Position numbers and translations under genes: made by a program. A stretch of 64,000 nt of DNA from Octopus sinensis (taxonomy: Eukaryota). The stretch spans positions 48,174,001-48,238,000 of the forward strand of contig NC_043010.1 of assembly GCF_006345805.1 (NCBI RefSeq), given 5' to 3'. The notes beneath the pieces were generated by a model. The model was not told the DNA's origin. It searched no databases and saw nothing but the letters and a program-made list of their open reading frames with translations. How positions within the stretch are numbered: the stretch's first letter is position 1; each line of letters opens with the position of its first letter. This document shows positions 25,227 to 38,739 of this stretch, piece by piece.

Positions 25227-26377
25227 TATATCTCTTTATCAACATTCCCAAATGGATTATCAAATTTAACCTTTTAGCAGCTACACCGGCCATATCCAGC
25301 TAAAATATCTGAGTTTTATGTTCAATTTAGCCAAATCTAGTCTTTCACAACTACCCTACGATGTCATTATAACAATAGACAATCACATCACTGAAACCCC
25401 CGTAAGCATCAAGATAATGCATAATTAATTAAAAAAAAACAATATGAACAAATAAGCATTACATTTGATAGAGTAATCTGAATGCCAAAAAATGAAATTA
25501 AGGCTGAATTAAGATCTATATTTAGATTATCAGTTTTGTGAGATAAATTAACTTGAGAAAGAGAGAGAGAGAGAAAGAAGATTTATGTTGGGAAGGGGAC
25601 TTATGTTGGTGGGAAGGAGTCACATATCAAGCTTCCACAGCAACAGTTAATCCCTGCCCACCAACTGCTTACAGAGGCATGGCCAAATACTCAACCCTGG
25701 AGATAACAATTACAATATAGAATTGCAAAATATTGAAGCTAAATAGGATTCCAGCAGAGTTAACATCCTTTCAACATGCTACTGATACACAGTGGGACTG
25801 CTATTAAATCAGCCACTCGTGTACAATCAGAAAATGTTTGGTTACAAAGCACATTTGATTGGTTTATTTCCTTATAATTAGAGTGTTTGGCTACAAAACA
25901 TTGGATCGGTTACATTTATGTACACTAAGAGGACAGAACTTCCGAGCGTAAAGCAGTCAGAATTTGTAAAACACCCAAACCATACCCCTATTAAAGATAA
26001 AAGGTGAAAAAAATGAAGCATGAAATTATTTGTAAAAATTACTAATTATTAAGGTAAAAAACACACATGGGAATGGATACTATAGATGAAAGGGTACAGT
26101 TTTAATATAATTTGCATTTAATATTGATTATTCTGAGTTGATATATTTTAATACTTATTCTACTGATTCAAATGAGACGGAAAATGATTTTCAGGATTTG
26201 AACTCAGAATAGCAAGAGATGAGACTAAACACTGCAATATGTGTGTGTGTGTGTGTGTGTAGAGTATATATATTGTGTGAGTTGTGTTGTTTTAGATTTT
26301 TGGGTGCTTATTGTATTAGGTGTTGTGTGTGAAGACTTCCATTTGAGCTATTCTATCAGTGGTATGAGCCCTGGTAT

Positions 26378-26390
<13 letters not shown>
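24028..26390 (+). repeat. Tandem duplication, unit about 1195 bp, near-identical
   Basis: 24028-25190 versus 25221-26388 differ at only a handful of positions. (TA)n lies at all three boundaries. Confidence 0.93.
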
Positions 26391-26411
<21 letters not shown>

Positions 26412-26419
<8 letters not shown>

Positions 26420-26635
26420 AATATGTTACATTACTCAATAGTCAAGATAAAGCTCTGAGTTTCAGATGCCGAAGTGGGAATCCACGACATCTCTTCGGTT
26501 ATCTGGCTATTTGAAAACCTTTTCAAAGGTTTTCAAATAGCCGGATAACCAAAGAGATGTCGTGGATTCCCACTTCGGCATCTGAAACTCAGAGTTTTAT
26601 CTTGACTATTGAGTACTGTAACATATCATTGTATA
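26412..26635. repeat. Fold-back palindrome with arms of about 110 bp (MITE-like, TA ends)
   Basis: Near-perfect reverse-complement arms with a loop of about 4 nt near 26523. Confidence 0.92.
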
Positions 26636-28886
26636 GATAAATTTCCTCTATTTACATAATATTGAGGTCTCTTTCTTTCTTTTGTTATCTTACCGTTTTA
26701 CCAATATATATATATATATATAGATATATATAATAACAATTTAATAAATAAAACATATGCATACATACATATATGTACATACCTACATCTATATGTATAT
26801 ATACATGCATATATGAGTACAGGACACCACAAATAAACGTAGAACACAAGGAGACACGAAAACATAGAAACAAAACAAGGAAACAGACTTTTTTTAACAA
26901 CAAAAAAACAGAGTACAAGACAAACAACAGAGGGAACATTCCATTTCTTCAGCTGCCCCTGTTTCGACTCATTGCGTGTTTCGAAGGTAAGGGCAGAACA
27001 CGACTACGCTGAAACAGTCCTTCCCGCAAATGAATTAAATAAAATTTTTTTGCGGAGGGGTAAAAAAAGGTGACAAGAGCAAGACATAAAAGCAATACAA
27101 ATAAAGAAAAAAAACAGTACAAATAAAGATAAAAGCAGTAAAAGACAGGACAAGGAAACCAACAATATATATTAGGTGCAGTCATAATTGTGAGAGTAAG
27201 CTAATTTTCCTATCACTTCCGGTGCACAGCCAACACAAGCAAGTGTCTTCTACTATAGCATTGGGTCAACCAAAGCCTTGTGAGTGAATTTGATAGAAAG
27301 AAACTGAAAGAAGCCTATCAAATGTAAGTATGTATGTGTGTGTGTGTGTGTCTTTGTGCTTCTTTATATCTGTGCATTATGTCAGTCACTATAAGCTGTG
27401 TCATTGGTGCTTCTCCAACAATTGTCCTATTCATAGATGTATGAAATAAGAGATACATAACTTGAAAAACAGGTAAGGATTAGTGACAAGGCATCCGGCT
27501 TTGACAATATATTCACCTAACCCATGCACGCACAGAAAAAATGGACATAAAAGAAATGAATGAATATCTCTCTCTCTCTCTCTCTCTCTCTCATATCATC
27601 ATCATCATTTAGCATCCGCTTTCCATGCTAGCATGGGTTGGATGGTTCAACTGGGGTCTGGGAAGCCAGAAGGCTGCACCAGGCCCAGACTGATCTGGCA
27701 ATGTTTCTACGGCTGGATGCCCTTCCTAACGCCAACCACTCAGTGAGTGTAGTTGGAGCTTTTTAGGTGCCAGACAGGGCTGGCAAACGGCCACAGTCGG
27801 ATGGTGCTTTTTACGTGCCACCGGCATGGGGGCGAGGCGAGGCGGGTGATGAGATATTACCATTACCTTTCACTTGCTCAATACTTTAGCCTCTCAGCAC
27901 CTGGCATAAAGCTATCTCCTTCCCTATATACCCTCCACCAAATCAAGGAGGCTTGTTTTGTGAGTTACCACTTGACCCCACTAGTATGGGTGCCATGAGA
28001 AAAAATTACTTGGAAGTGGGTGGTATTAGGAAGGGCATCCAGCCACAGAAGCCATGAAAAAGAAGGCACTGGAGTTTGATAGTCTACTATTGACCAATGC
28101 CAGTATGGAAGATGGACATTAGATGATGATGATGATGATGATATATTCCAAGGCCTTTTTCAAATTATGACATAAAAAGCAACACAGTATTAAGTACAAA
28201 AGAAAACTCTGACACTGCTAAATGCAAATAAAATTTCACTGTAAATTTCAGTGTTTCCAGACATCAGATGTGATTTTGAATATTGATAAAATCATTTTTT
28301 TTACAGCTCTTATTTGATTGCTATTCAACAGTTCTATTTTCTTAATCAAAGAGCTAATACAACCTCATGCAACAGTCAATATAACCACTAATATAGCCAC
28401 ATATGTCTGTTAAATTATAACAGCTATTATAATCCCATATGTCACTTAATATTACAGCTAATATAACCTGCATATCATTCAATATGACTGCTGATGTATA
28501 GCCGTATGTCAGTAAATATAACTACTAATATAACTCTGTAAGCTAGTTAACCCTTTCATTACCATATTTATTTTGAGATGCTCTGTGTTTCTTTCAATTA
28601 TTTTAAATATAACAAAGAATTTAGTAAAATGACTTAATTATCATTAAGCTAGTGTTAGGAACATAAATTGTGACTAAGGTTTGGTGGAAGATTTTTGATT
28701 CAAAACTTATGAAAAGAGAACATTTGTACTACAGAGCCAGAGCCAGTTTCAGCCAGGTTGGTAATGAAAGGGTTAAATATAATTGCTAATATAAACTCCT
28801 ACATCACCAACAAAGAACTAAACAAGAGGACAAGAAAGACTATGTCAGTGGTCCCTAACCGTTTCCCTATGGAGAAGCTCTTTTAC

Positions 28887-29077
28887 TTAACCCTTCAGCA
28901 TTCACATTATTCTGTTAAAAGTAATGCTTATTTTGTAATTTTGAGAGTTTCATGAGGTAGCTTAATTTTTAGAATGATATTGTTGGGTAGGTGCAAAAGG
29001 CCAGATCTGGCCAGCTTGAGCATAAAACAGGTAGCAGGTTTGGCCAGATATGACCAGTTTGAATATTAAAGGGTTAA
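28887..29077. mobile_element. TTAA-flanked MITE family 2
   Basis: TTAAccctt(t)agcattc...aaagggTTAA. Copies at 31674-31887, 33556-33779, 38036-38258, 39459-39672, and reversed at about 24073-24305 and 25265-25505. Confidence 0.72.
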
Positions 29078-29231
29078 ATTAATTTTCCCTATGAAGCTCT
29101 AAGCTTTCAAAAGGTCTGTCTGTTCTTCAAGTTAATCTTATAAACTAACAAGCGTGGCTGTGTGGTAAGAAGCTTGCTTCCCAACCACATGGCTGTGAGT
29201 GGATTTCATAAATGGAAACTGAAAGAAGCCC

Positions 29232-29283
<52 letters not shown>

Positions 29284-29887
29284 GGGAGAGTTTACGAAAA
29301 AAACAAAAGATGAAGACAGGTGGTGTACAAAACAACAGATGTATTAGTATAATGCTCAGGAATAGAAAAAGTCTTTTACGTTTTGAGCCTACGCTCTTCT
29401 ACAGAAAGGGACACAGAAAAAACAAGGAGAGGAAAAAAAAAGGAGAGAAAAAATGCGTGTAGTGGCTAACGATCTATCATGGTGACTGGATATATATGTA
29501 TTTATGTGTGTGTCTGTCCCCACGCCATCTCTTGACAACTGATGCTGGTGTGTTTCTGTCCCCGTAACTTAGTGGTTCACCAAAAGGAACTGATAGAATA
29601 AGTACTAGGCTAACAAAAAATAAGTCCTAGGAGTGATTTCTTCAACTAAAACCCTGTAAAGCAATGCTCCAATAGAATAATTACTAGGCTTACAAAGAAT
29701 AAGTCTTGGGGTCAACTTGCTCGACAAAATGCGGTGCTCCAGCATGGCCACAGTCAAATGATTGAAACAAGTAAAAGAATAACAACAAATACAATTTCCC
29801 AGCTACATCTTTCAAGTGTTAAGATGCACGTAACTGAATAATTACAGATTTTATGCTGTCAGTTTTTAAAATTATGAACAGAGCATA

Positions 29888-30270
29888 GGAGCGGCTGTGT
29901 AGTTAGTAGCTTGCTTACCAACCACATAGTTCAGGGTTCAGTCCCACTGCGTGGCACCTTGGGAAACTGTCTTCTACTATAGCCTCAGGCCAACCAAAGC
30001 CTTGTGTGTGGATTTGGTAGATGGAAACTGAAAGAAGCCCGTCGTATATATGTATGTGTATGTTTGTATGTCTGTGTTTGCCCCCCCCAACATTGCCTGA
30101 CAACCGATACTGGTGTGTTTACGTCCCTGTAACTTAGCAGTTTGGCAAAAGAGACCAATAGAATAAGTACTAGGCTTACAAAGAATAAGTCCTGGGGTCG
30201 ATTTGCTCGACAAAATGCGGTGCTCCAGCATGGCCACAGTCGAATGACTGAAACCAGTAAAAGAGTAAAA
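29888..30270 (+). mobile_element. Full-length family A CORE-like SINE
   Basis: tRNA-like head with A/B boxes (ggctgtgtagttag...gggttcagtccc), CORE-like block, internal microsatellite and gtaaaaga tail. Confidence 0.88.
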
Positions 30271-30547
30271 GCCCCCCAACCACCATAATACTAAATTTCT
30301 AGACTCCCAACAGTCTGTGAGCAGGCTGTGAACCATTAACTGTGACTTAGACAAGTGCAAGAAAGAGGTATAGATAGATGTGGTAATTTCTCAAAATCAA
30401 ACACCCTAAAAACTGCAATAAGCAGTAAGAAAAAAGAAATAAAATTTCAAAATTTATTCATTCTGTGTGGTCCAGTATCAATGATCCATGGCCTGGTACC
30501 AGTCAGTGGCTTGGTGGCTCAAGACCTCTGGCCTAGAATGTTTGTTA

Positions 30548-30960
30548 TTTCTTTATTGCCCACAAGGGGCTAAACTAAGAGGAGACAAACAAGGACAGAC
30601 AGACGGATTAAATCGATTACATCGACCCCAGTGTGTAACTGGTACTTAATTTATTGATGCCGAAAGAATGGCAGGCAAAGTTGACCTCGGCGGAATTTGA
30701 ACTCAGAACGTAACGGCAGACGGAATACCTATTTCTTTACAACCCACAAGGGGCTAAAAACAGAGGAGACAAACAAGGACAGACAGACAGATTAAGTCGA
30801 TTATATCGACCCCAGTGTGTAACTGGTACTTAATTTATCAACCCCGAAAGGATGAAAGGCGAAGTCGACCTCGGCGGAATTTGAACTCAGAATGTAACGG
30901 CCAATGAAATACCGCTAAGCATTTCGCCCAGCATGCTAACGTTTCTGCCAGCTTGCTGCC
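30548..30960 (-). mobile_element. Family B Nin-domain SINE, duplicated internal unit
   Basis: Reverse complement of family B, with two consecutive units of about 185 bp. Confidence 0.85.
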
Positions 30961-33900
30961 TTTATATGGCCTAGAATGTTTGGGTGTGTAAAAGAAATGC
31001 AGAGAGTCATCAAGTAATTTTTGAAAATGAAATCTAGCCTCTAGAGTACAATTTAGTCATGTTAAAGATATGTGGTTGTGACAGAGGGTTATCAATTGTG
31101 AGACTTGTAGTACAAGTTTACCTCGTACTTGTAATATGAGTTTACCTATGCATCACTGCCCCTGAATGGTGAGAGCGCACTGTTACAAGATTGCTTATCT
31201 TTCATTGTTTATTTGCTTCAGTCATTTAACTGTGGCCATGCTAGGACATTGCCTTGAAGGGTTTAACTGAACAAATCAACCCCAGTATTTATTTTTGAAG
31301 TCCAGTATTCTATTGGTCATGTTTGCTGAAGCACTATATTACAGGGATATAAACAAATCAACACCAGTTGCCAAATAGTGGTGGGGAACAAACACACATA
31401 TACATATTCTGTGTGTGTGGTAAAGACCCCCTTTGGTCACAAATGACCATGGGATTGCACATAGAAAGTTCTCCAAAGGCCAAGTCTGGGCGAGGTTGTT
31501 CATGGAACACCAGCAGTTGCCCATGCATACTAGCCTCTCCTCTCCATGCCACTGATGTTGTCCAAGGGAAAGGCAAAGGCTGATAAAGCTTGGTACAAAA
31601 GAGAAAGTAGAAAGTTATTCATGATTGGGTTAACATCCACTTTATCATGCTTGCATGGATCAGATGAAATTCCTTAACCCTTCAGTATTCAGATTACTTT
31701 GTCACATGTAATGCATATTCATTCACATGCTTTTGAATTAATTATTGGATCATCTTGTAGCTTTGAGATATCTATGCTGTGCTTGTTTATGATTTGAAAG
31801 ACATTGTCAGGAAGGTGTGAGAGGCCAGACCTGGTCAGCTTGAACATTTTGGGCCAGATATGGCCAATTTGAATGCTAAATGGTTAAAACAGATGTTCTA
31901 CAGCTGCATGCCTCTCTTGTTGCCAACCCAAACTATTTTCCCATGACCAGACATGTTTTCATGAAAGACTGGAAACAAGGGTCACAGCTTGTATAATGGT
32001 AATGCTTGTCTATACCATCACACACATGTATATAGTATTATTAGTTGAGCTGTGAAAGGTGCTTCATTTTACTAACTGGGTGCTCTTAATACTGCTTAGC
32101 ACTTGACCATAAAGTAAGAGAGTAACCCACTTCGCTGTAATCTCTAGCTCACAGAAGATGGTGAACTGGCAAAATCATTAGCACACAAGGCAAAATGCTC
32201 AGTGGTATTTCGTCTGCCACTATGTTTTGAGTTCAAATTTCGAACGAGGTCAACTTTGCCTTTCATCCTTTTGGGGTTGATTAAATAAGTACCAGTTATG
32301 CACTGGAATCGATATAATCGACTTAATCTGTTTGTCTGTCTTTGTTTGTCCTCTCTGTGTTTAGCCCCTTGTGGGTAGTAAAGAAATAGGTATTTCAAAT
32401 GTCTTCATGTACTGAGTTCAAATTCTACCGGGGGTTGACATTGCTTTTCAGGGTCGATACAATAAGTACCAATTGAGTACTAGGGTTGATGTAATTGATT
32501 TACCCCTCCCTGAAATTGTTGGCTTTGTACAAAATGTGGAACCAATCTCCAGCCCACAGAGATACTGTTTCTTTGTCCTGGCTTGTCCACTGCTGCTGCA
32601 ATATTTTCTGCTTTACAGAGCTAGTCTGTGGCATGCCACTTCCACCCAAGTCAAGCCAACTCACCCATTTCTTCCACCCTCATCTAATTTATGTTTCTCC
32701 CAACATGAGCTCTCTACCACCACCATAGTAATCACAAGTCATGATCTGTCATCTCCAGAATATCAACTTTTTTGAATTCTCTCTCAATATCCATCAGCTC
32801 GCAGGTACTCTATCTGAACACTAGCTAAATCGTTTTCACCGATTCTTGGGAGGCCTTTTGAAGATTACAAGCATAAGAATATATCTTCAAACCAAAGAAA
32901 GAGAGAGAATCTGAGTGCCTGGAACAAAATGGGGTCCAGTGAAGTCACCCAAAAACCAAATGGTGGTTTTCAATCAAGCAACAGATTAAGTCTACCGCCC
33001 ATGTAGGCTATGGTTAGAGTTGAACTCAGAAAGCAAAGCACCAGAAACAATACCACAAGGCACCTGTCTGATGCTCTAATGACTGCCAATTTGCAAGCTG
33101 TTCAAACCATATAGATACTAAGTTATTTGTTCAGACCTTCTTATACTCAATCTTATTGATATGATGTCATGTTAACATGATGCATTTAGTAGGACAACTG
33201 CTAATTTCTTAATTTCTAAATGTAACAGTATTAGTATCATGAATGCTTATGGGATTGTTTGTTTTAAAATGTAAGCCACAATGAAGGAACGTAATTAATT
33301 TTTCATCAAGTTATCAACCTCAAAGTGAAATTTAAGTAGTTTATGGTAATCAGAGCAGACATCATCAATGCTCTTGTAATTATCCTGTCATTATGAAGTT
33401 TCATATCCTGGTTATATTAATTTAAATATGGATACTAATTAAAATATTGTATCAGATGGATATGATATCATTAGTTGATAAAAAAAATTAAAAGAAAAAA
33501 ACAAGACTGAGTCTTAGGAAATGTAACAATAAACTTATTTGTTGAGTTACATTATTTAAACCTTCAGCATTCAGATTTCTGTGTCAGATGTAATGCTTAT
33601 TTATTCACATTGATATGAATTAGAGATGCATTACCTTGTAGTTTTGAGATTTCAATGACATGATTGTTTGTTTCTAGAATAATATTTTAGGGTAAGTGTG
33701 AGAGGCTGGATCTGGCCAGTTTGAAGGCAAAACAGAATATTTTGGCTGGATATGGCCAGTTTAAATTTTAAAAGGTTAAGAGTAAAGGGTAAAGACCTCC
33801 TTCAGTCATGGGATTCCACCTAGAAAGTTACTTTCCAAGGCAAAAGTTTGGGCAAGGTTGTTTATGGAAGACTAGCAGTTGCCCATGCATAGCAGCCTCT

Positions 33901-34305
33901 CCTCTACACACCACCAATGTTATCCAAGGGAAAGGCAAAGGCCAATACACCTTGGCACCTGTGACGTTGCAACTCATTTCTACAGCTGAGAAAACTGGAG
34001 CAACATGAAGTAAAATGTCATGTTCAAGAACTCAACACACAGCCTGGTCAGGGAATTGAACTCACTATCTCATGATTGTGAGCCGATTGCTCTAAACATT
34101 AAAATGGTCTTTTCCATGAAATCTGTGATCAAACGTTGTCGCAATTTACTTCCCTGGTTCCAGCAGACAAAATGGAAAAGACATTGTCCTGGAGGATGGC
34201 AAGGCAGAAGGACGAATTTGGCTTTGTCAGGTACATGAGAAGGAATTGACCTATTGAACTTCTCAACATAGTGGTACTGAAGATGATAGAAGCTTTCTCA
34301 TTTGT

Positions 34306-34432
34306 GGAGGCACGTGGCTTAGTGGTTAGGGTGTCAGCATCATGATCGTAAGATTGTGGTTTCGATTCCTGGACCGGGCAATGCATTATGTTCTTGAGCA
34401 AAACACTTCATTTCATGTTGCTCCAGTCCACT
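34306..34432 (+). mobile_element. tRNA-derived SINE head (family E), interrupted by a family B SINE
   Basis: ggaggcacgtggcttagtggttagggtg...ggtttcgattcc. Related minus-strand body at about 33790-34105 and 31420-31600. Confidence 0.65.
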
Positions 34433-35836
34433 AAGGTGGCGAGCTGGCAGAAACACTAGCACACTGGGCGAAATGCTTAGCGGTATTTCATCTGCCATTA
34501 CATTCTGAGTTCAAATTCCGCTGAGGTCGACTTTGCCTTTCATCCTTTCAGGGTCGATAAATTTAAATTAAGTACCAGTTACGCACTGGGGTCGATCTAA
34601 TCGGCTTAATTCGTTTGTCTGTCCTTGTTTGTCCTCTCTGTGTTTAGCCCCTTGCGAGCAATAAAGAAATAAGAAACATTCTCACTAGCTTTGAAAATGG
34701 TAATTTATATCATGCTCTACCATTTTCTAGCAGATTATCATCATCATCATCATCATCATCATAAGTATTTCTCAGTCATCATTATGTAATCTCACCATTT
34801 CGTTTTTACTTTTCTTTTTCTTTTTTTTTTTTAGTTAATTAATCACAGGATGAGAAATGTTAAAATAAATGAGAAGTAAAATGAGTAAAATTGTAGAGAT
34901 ACTTAGGACATAAGTGATTTAGTGTGCATGTCTTGATTAGAGATAGGAGGAGAGAGAGGAGGGAGGGAGGGAGACAGCGTGTATAGATAAACAGTTGTTC
35001 AGGTTAGGTAATAAATCTGATAAGAGACTGTAGCTAGTCTTACTAACAGAGATGTTATTTACCCTCAAGTCAACCCTGACTAAACAGAGCTATGATCAAA
35101 GATGTTCCCCTCCCCTTAGGCAATGTGCATCTAGGATTACATTATCCAATGTGTCCTTCTCTCTCCAAGGCAGCACAGTGTAACTTAAGGGAGATTTGGA
35201 AGCTGTATCTGGCAGGTCAGGTTGGTAGACTACAAGCAAGTTTCCTCAGCAGTGAGTGATGGAATGAGATTATTAATTACCTCCATCAACTCTGTAAGAA
35301 GTAACAACAGATTCCACTGGGCCTGAGTGAGAAAGAACTAGCTGAACTAGAGGTAATATGGCTATAATTAACTGTAACAGATTTTAAGTATCATAGGATA
35401 GATAAATTTAAAATAAAAAATTAAGTATAAAGTTTCAATAGTATATGCATTTATTATCTGTAATAGCGACTTCAGAAAGTTATCTAATCAGCTAGTTATG
35501 TACTAATTTGCTGGGTTTAACAGAGTCGCTGTTCTTATGAGACAATGAAAAAAAAAGACATGGTTTTGACTACTAAGTATATTTCTGATGGGAAATGCAG
35601 GAAGGGGTAAACCCCATGAAATTAAGGATGGTTGTCCCCTACATTTCCAAATCTGGGGTATTGTTTGGGCATGGTTCTGTTATAAAGGAGAAACTGATGT
35701 GCAACGGTGAGATACCATTGTCCCATGGCAAGGAGCCCAAAATGATTGAGGAGTAGTAGCAAACTGTTGCAGCTACCATTGTTCATTATCACAGGTGTTG
35801 GATGTAGGCATCCACACACCACCTTCTCCACAAGAC

Positions 35837-36460
35837 CAGTGGTTCACAACCATTTTACATATATGGACCTCTGTGATTTCCATTTTACTCTACAGGACTT
35901 TCATAGCCATTCAATGCATATATATAAAAAAAAGCCCTATGTATTTTTATATTTAAATATTATTAGGAATTGTATTAAAAAAGTTGTTAAAATATTTTGT
36001 GTATTGGCAATGGAGTGGCTGTGTGGTAAGTAGCTTGCTTACCAACCACATGATTCCGGGTTCATTCCCACTGCATGGCACCTTGGGCAAGTGTCTTCTA
36101 CTATAGCCTCGGGCCGACCAAAGCCTTGTGAGTGGATTTGGTAGATGGAAACTGAAAGAAGCCCGTCATATATATGTATATTTGTGTGTGTTTGTCTCCC
36201 GCCCGCCAACATCGCTTGACAACCAATGCTGGTGTGTTTACGTCCCCGTAACTTAGCGGTTCGGGAAAAGAGATCGATACAATAAGTACTAGGCTCACAA
36301 AGAATAAGTCCTGGGGTCGATTTGCTCAACTAAAGGCAGTGCTCCAGCATGGCCGCAGTCAAATGACTGAAACGAGTAAAGAGAGTATTGTAGAAGTACA
36401 AGTAAACTATTACACATAAATCTTAAAAACAAAATATGGACCCGGGTTGAGAACCCCCAT
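35837..36460. mobile_element. hAT/Charlie-like MITE interrupted by a SINE
   Basis: cagtggttcacaacc at the left end and ggttgagaacccc at the right end, with family A SINE 36012-36385 inside. Confidence 0.4.
36012..36385 (+). mobile_element. Full-length family A CORE-like SINE
   Basis: Same head, core, microsatellite and tail organisation as the other copies. It sits inside a hAT-like MITE. Confidence 0.88.
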
Positions 36461-37170
36461 GCTAGACTTAGGACTTTACTGCAACCCTAGCAATGGAAAG
36501 TAAGAGAAGTTAATGCTTTCTGACATGCTGCCTTAAGTCTTTAAAGAGAAAGGTGACTTAATGTCCCTTATAAACTTCAACCAGAAGAATGACATAACCG
36601 CTCCTTTCAGTTATTCTTATTTACAGCTGAATAAAACCTCATCATGCTGTTACTGGTTTGTCTATGTTTGTTGGAGACCTGCATATAGATCCTGGCTAAC
36701 TGCAGATTGGTTTGGGTGCTATCATGATGAAAAGCCCAAGACATTAGTACCTAAAGTGTCTGGAGACCTGCATATAGATCTGGGCAACTGCAGATTGGTT
36801 TGGGTGCTATCATGAAGAAAAGCCCAGGACATTAGTACCTAAAGAGTCTGGAACATTAACCACTACTATAAAATATGTAATAAGATATTATTTATTTATG
36901 ATGCACTCTGAGAGATCACATGTGAAAACACATGGTTTTATGACATAAGATACATCCCATGACCACACGTCACCCACCAACTAAAGCAAAATAATCTTCA
37001 ATAACTAAAAGTCTTAAAACAAGCATAATTTGGACAAGCAAAGATTGTTACACTTGTGTTTCACTATGGTTTTATCTTCAAGCATTTTTTTCAATACAGA
37101 CCATCAAAAATACTTTATGGGGTGGGGCTGATAGCATATTTTTTTACTAAAAAAATATAAAAAGTATCTA

Positions 37171-37344
37171 GCAGGAGTGACTGTGTGGTAAATAGCTTGT
37201 TTACCAACCACATGGTTCTGGGTTCAGTCCCACTGCGTGGCATCTTGGGCAAGTGTCTTCTACTATAGCCTTGGGCCGACCAAAGCCTTGTGAGTGGATT
37301 TGGTAGACGGAAACTGAAAGAAGCCCGTCGTATATATGTATGTA

Positions 37345-37375
<31 letters not shown>

Positions 37376-37586
37376 GCGTATGTGTGTCTGTGTTTGTCCC
37401 CCTAGCATTGCTTGACAACCGATGTTGGTGTGTTTATGTCCCCGTTACTTAGCGGTTCGGCAAAAGAGACCGATAGAATAAGTACTGGGCTTACAAAAGA
37501 ATAAGTCTCGGGGTCGAGTTGCTCGATTAAAGGCAGTGCTCCAGCATGGCCACAGTCAAATGACTGAAACAAGTAAAAGAGTAAAG
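37171..37586 (+). mobile_element. Full-length family A CORE-like SINE
   Basis: Complete head to tail, with internal (TA)n expansion. Confidence 0.88.
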
Positions 37587-37900
37587 AGAGAGAGCTGTTT
37601 AACCCTTTTTTTATACTAATCTGCCTGAAACCACCCCAGGGTTAATGATACAAACTTCTTAAATCTAAGCTTTCCATCAAAATTTCATGTTAATTTAATA
37701 TTACAAACACCAATTTAATAATGAGTTATTTCACTATTTTTTTTTCCAAAATGAACTGGAACAAAGGTGTATTTCAACAGAAAGGATTAAGCCAGTAGTT
37801 AGTTCAAACAATGGATGCACACAGAGCGACATAGAAATGTCATTATATAAGGTTTCATCAAAATATGCAACAAACAGGATGGGAAACCTAAAAAACTCAC

Positions 37901-37967
37901 ATAAGGTAATACAGGATTGAGAAACAAGGTAATGTGTTGTATTATGTTGAGGTAGCCAACACATGCA
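37901..37967 (-). other. Candidate 67-nt internal (probably 5'UTR) exon
   Basis: Minus strand: ccccccctcccgcctcttgaaccttttAG| acceptor and TAT|gtgagt donor in non-repetitive sequence. Confidence 0.3.
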
Positions 37968-38524
37968 CTAAAAGGTTCAAGAGGCGGGAGGGGGGGGGGG
38001 AAATAAAAGTTAAAACTGATGTTTTTTTTTGAGGATTCCTTTAGCATTCAGATTTACTGTCAAATGTTAATACACACCAATTCACATTCTTTTGAGTTCA
38101 TCATGGATTATCTCATAGCTTCGAGGTTTTGATGGTGTGATTACTTATTTTAAGAATGACATTGACAGATAGATGTGAGGTGGGATCCGACCAGTTGGAA
38201 CATAAAGGAGGTAGAATATTTGGGCCGGATATGGTCAGTTTCAATACTAAAAGGTTAAACAAATTACTTCAGCTCTTTCTCTCTTTCTATATATATATAT
38301 ATATAAATATATATATACATATATAAATATATATATATATATATAAGGATAAGATTGTTAATTTAAATTAAATATCAATCCTATCAAGTGGCCAGCATGG
38401 GAATAAAAACCTTCAAAGGTTATTATTAAAATTATAAAAAATAAAATAAAAATAATAATGAAATTATTGTATACAGTGCTCAGGTGCACCACAACTTGTC
38501 AGAAAGTGCATATAAAGTACATGC

Positions 38525-38739
38525 AGGGTGTCTACGAGATACCGTCATGCTGAAAATAGCAGCCAAAATCTGACTCTAAAACCACATTAAATGTTCATAC
38601 AACACAAGGAGAGAAGACAAAAAGACAAAATAAACTAGTCTTTTTGTCTTCTCTCCTTGTGCTGTATGAATATTTAATGTGATTTTAGAGTCAGATTTTG
38701 GCTGCTATTTTCAGCATGGCGGTATCTCATAGATACCCT
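38525..38739. repeat. Fold-back palindrome with arms of about 102 bp (MITE-like)
   Basis: Arms 38525-38626 and 38638-38739 with an 11-nt loop. Confidence 0.92.

Noticed and set aside
26466-26500. Hammerhead-like arrangement CCGAAGA-stem-UGAAACUC in the palindrome arms
   Set aside because: U4 is replaced by C, there is an extra base before GAAA, and no convincing stem I or NUH site was found.
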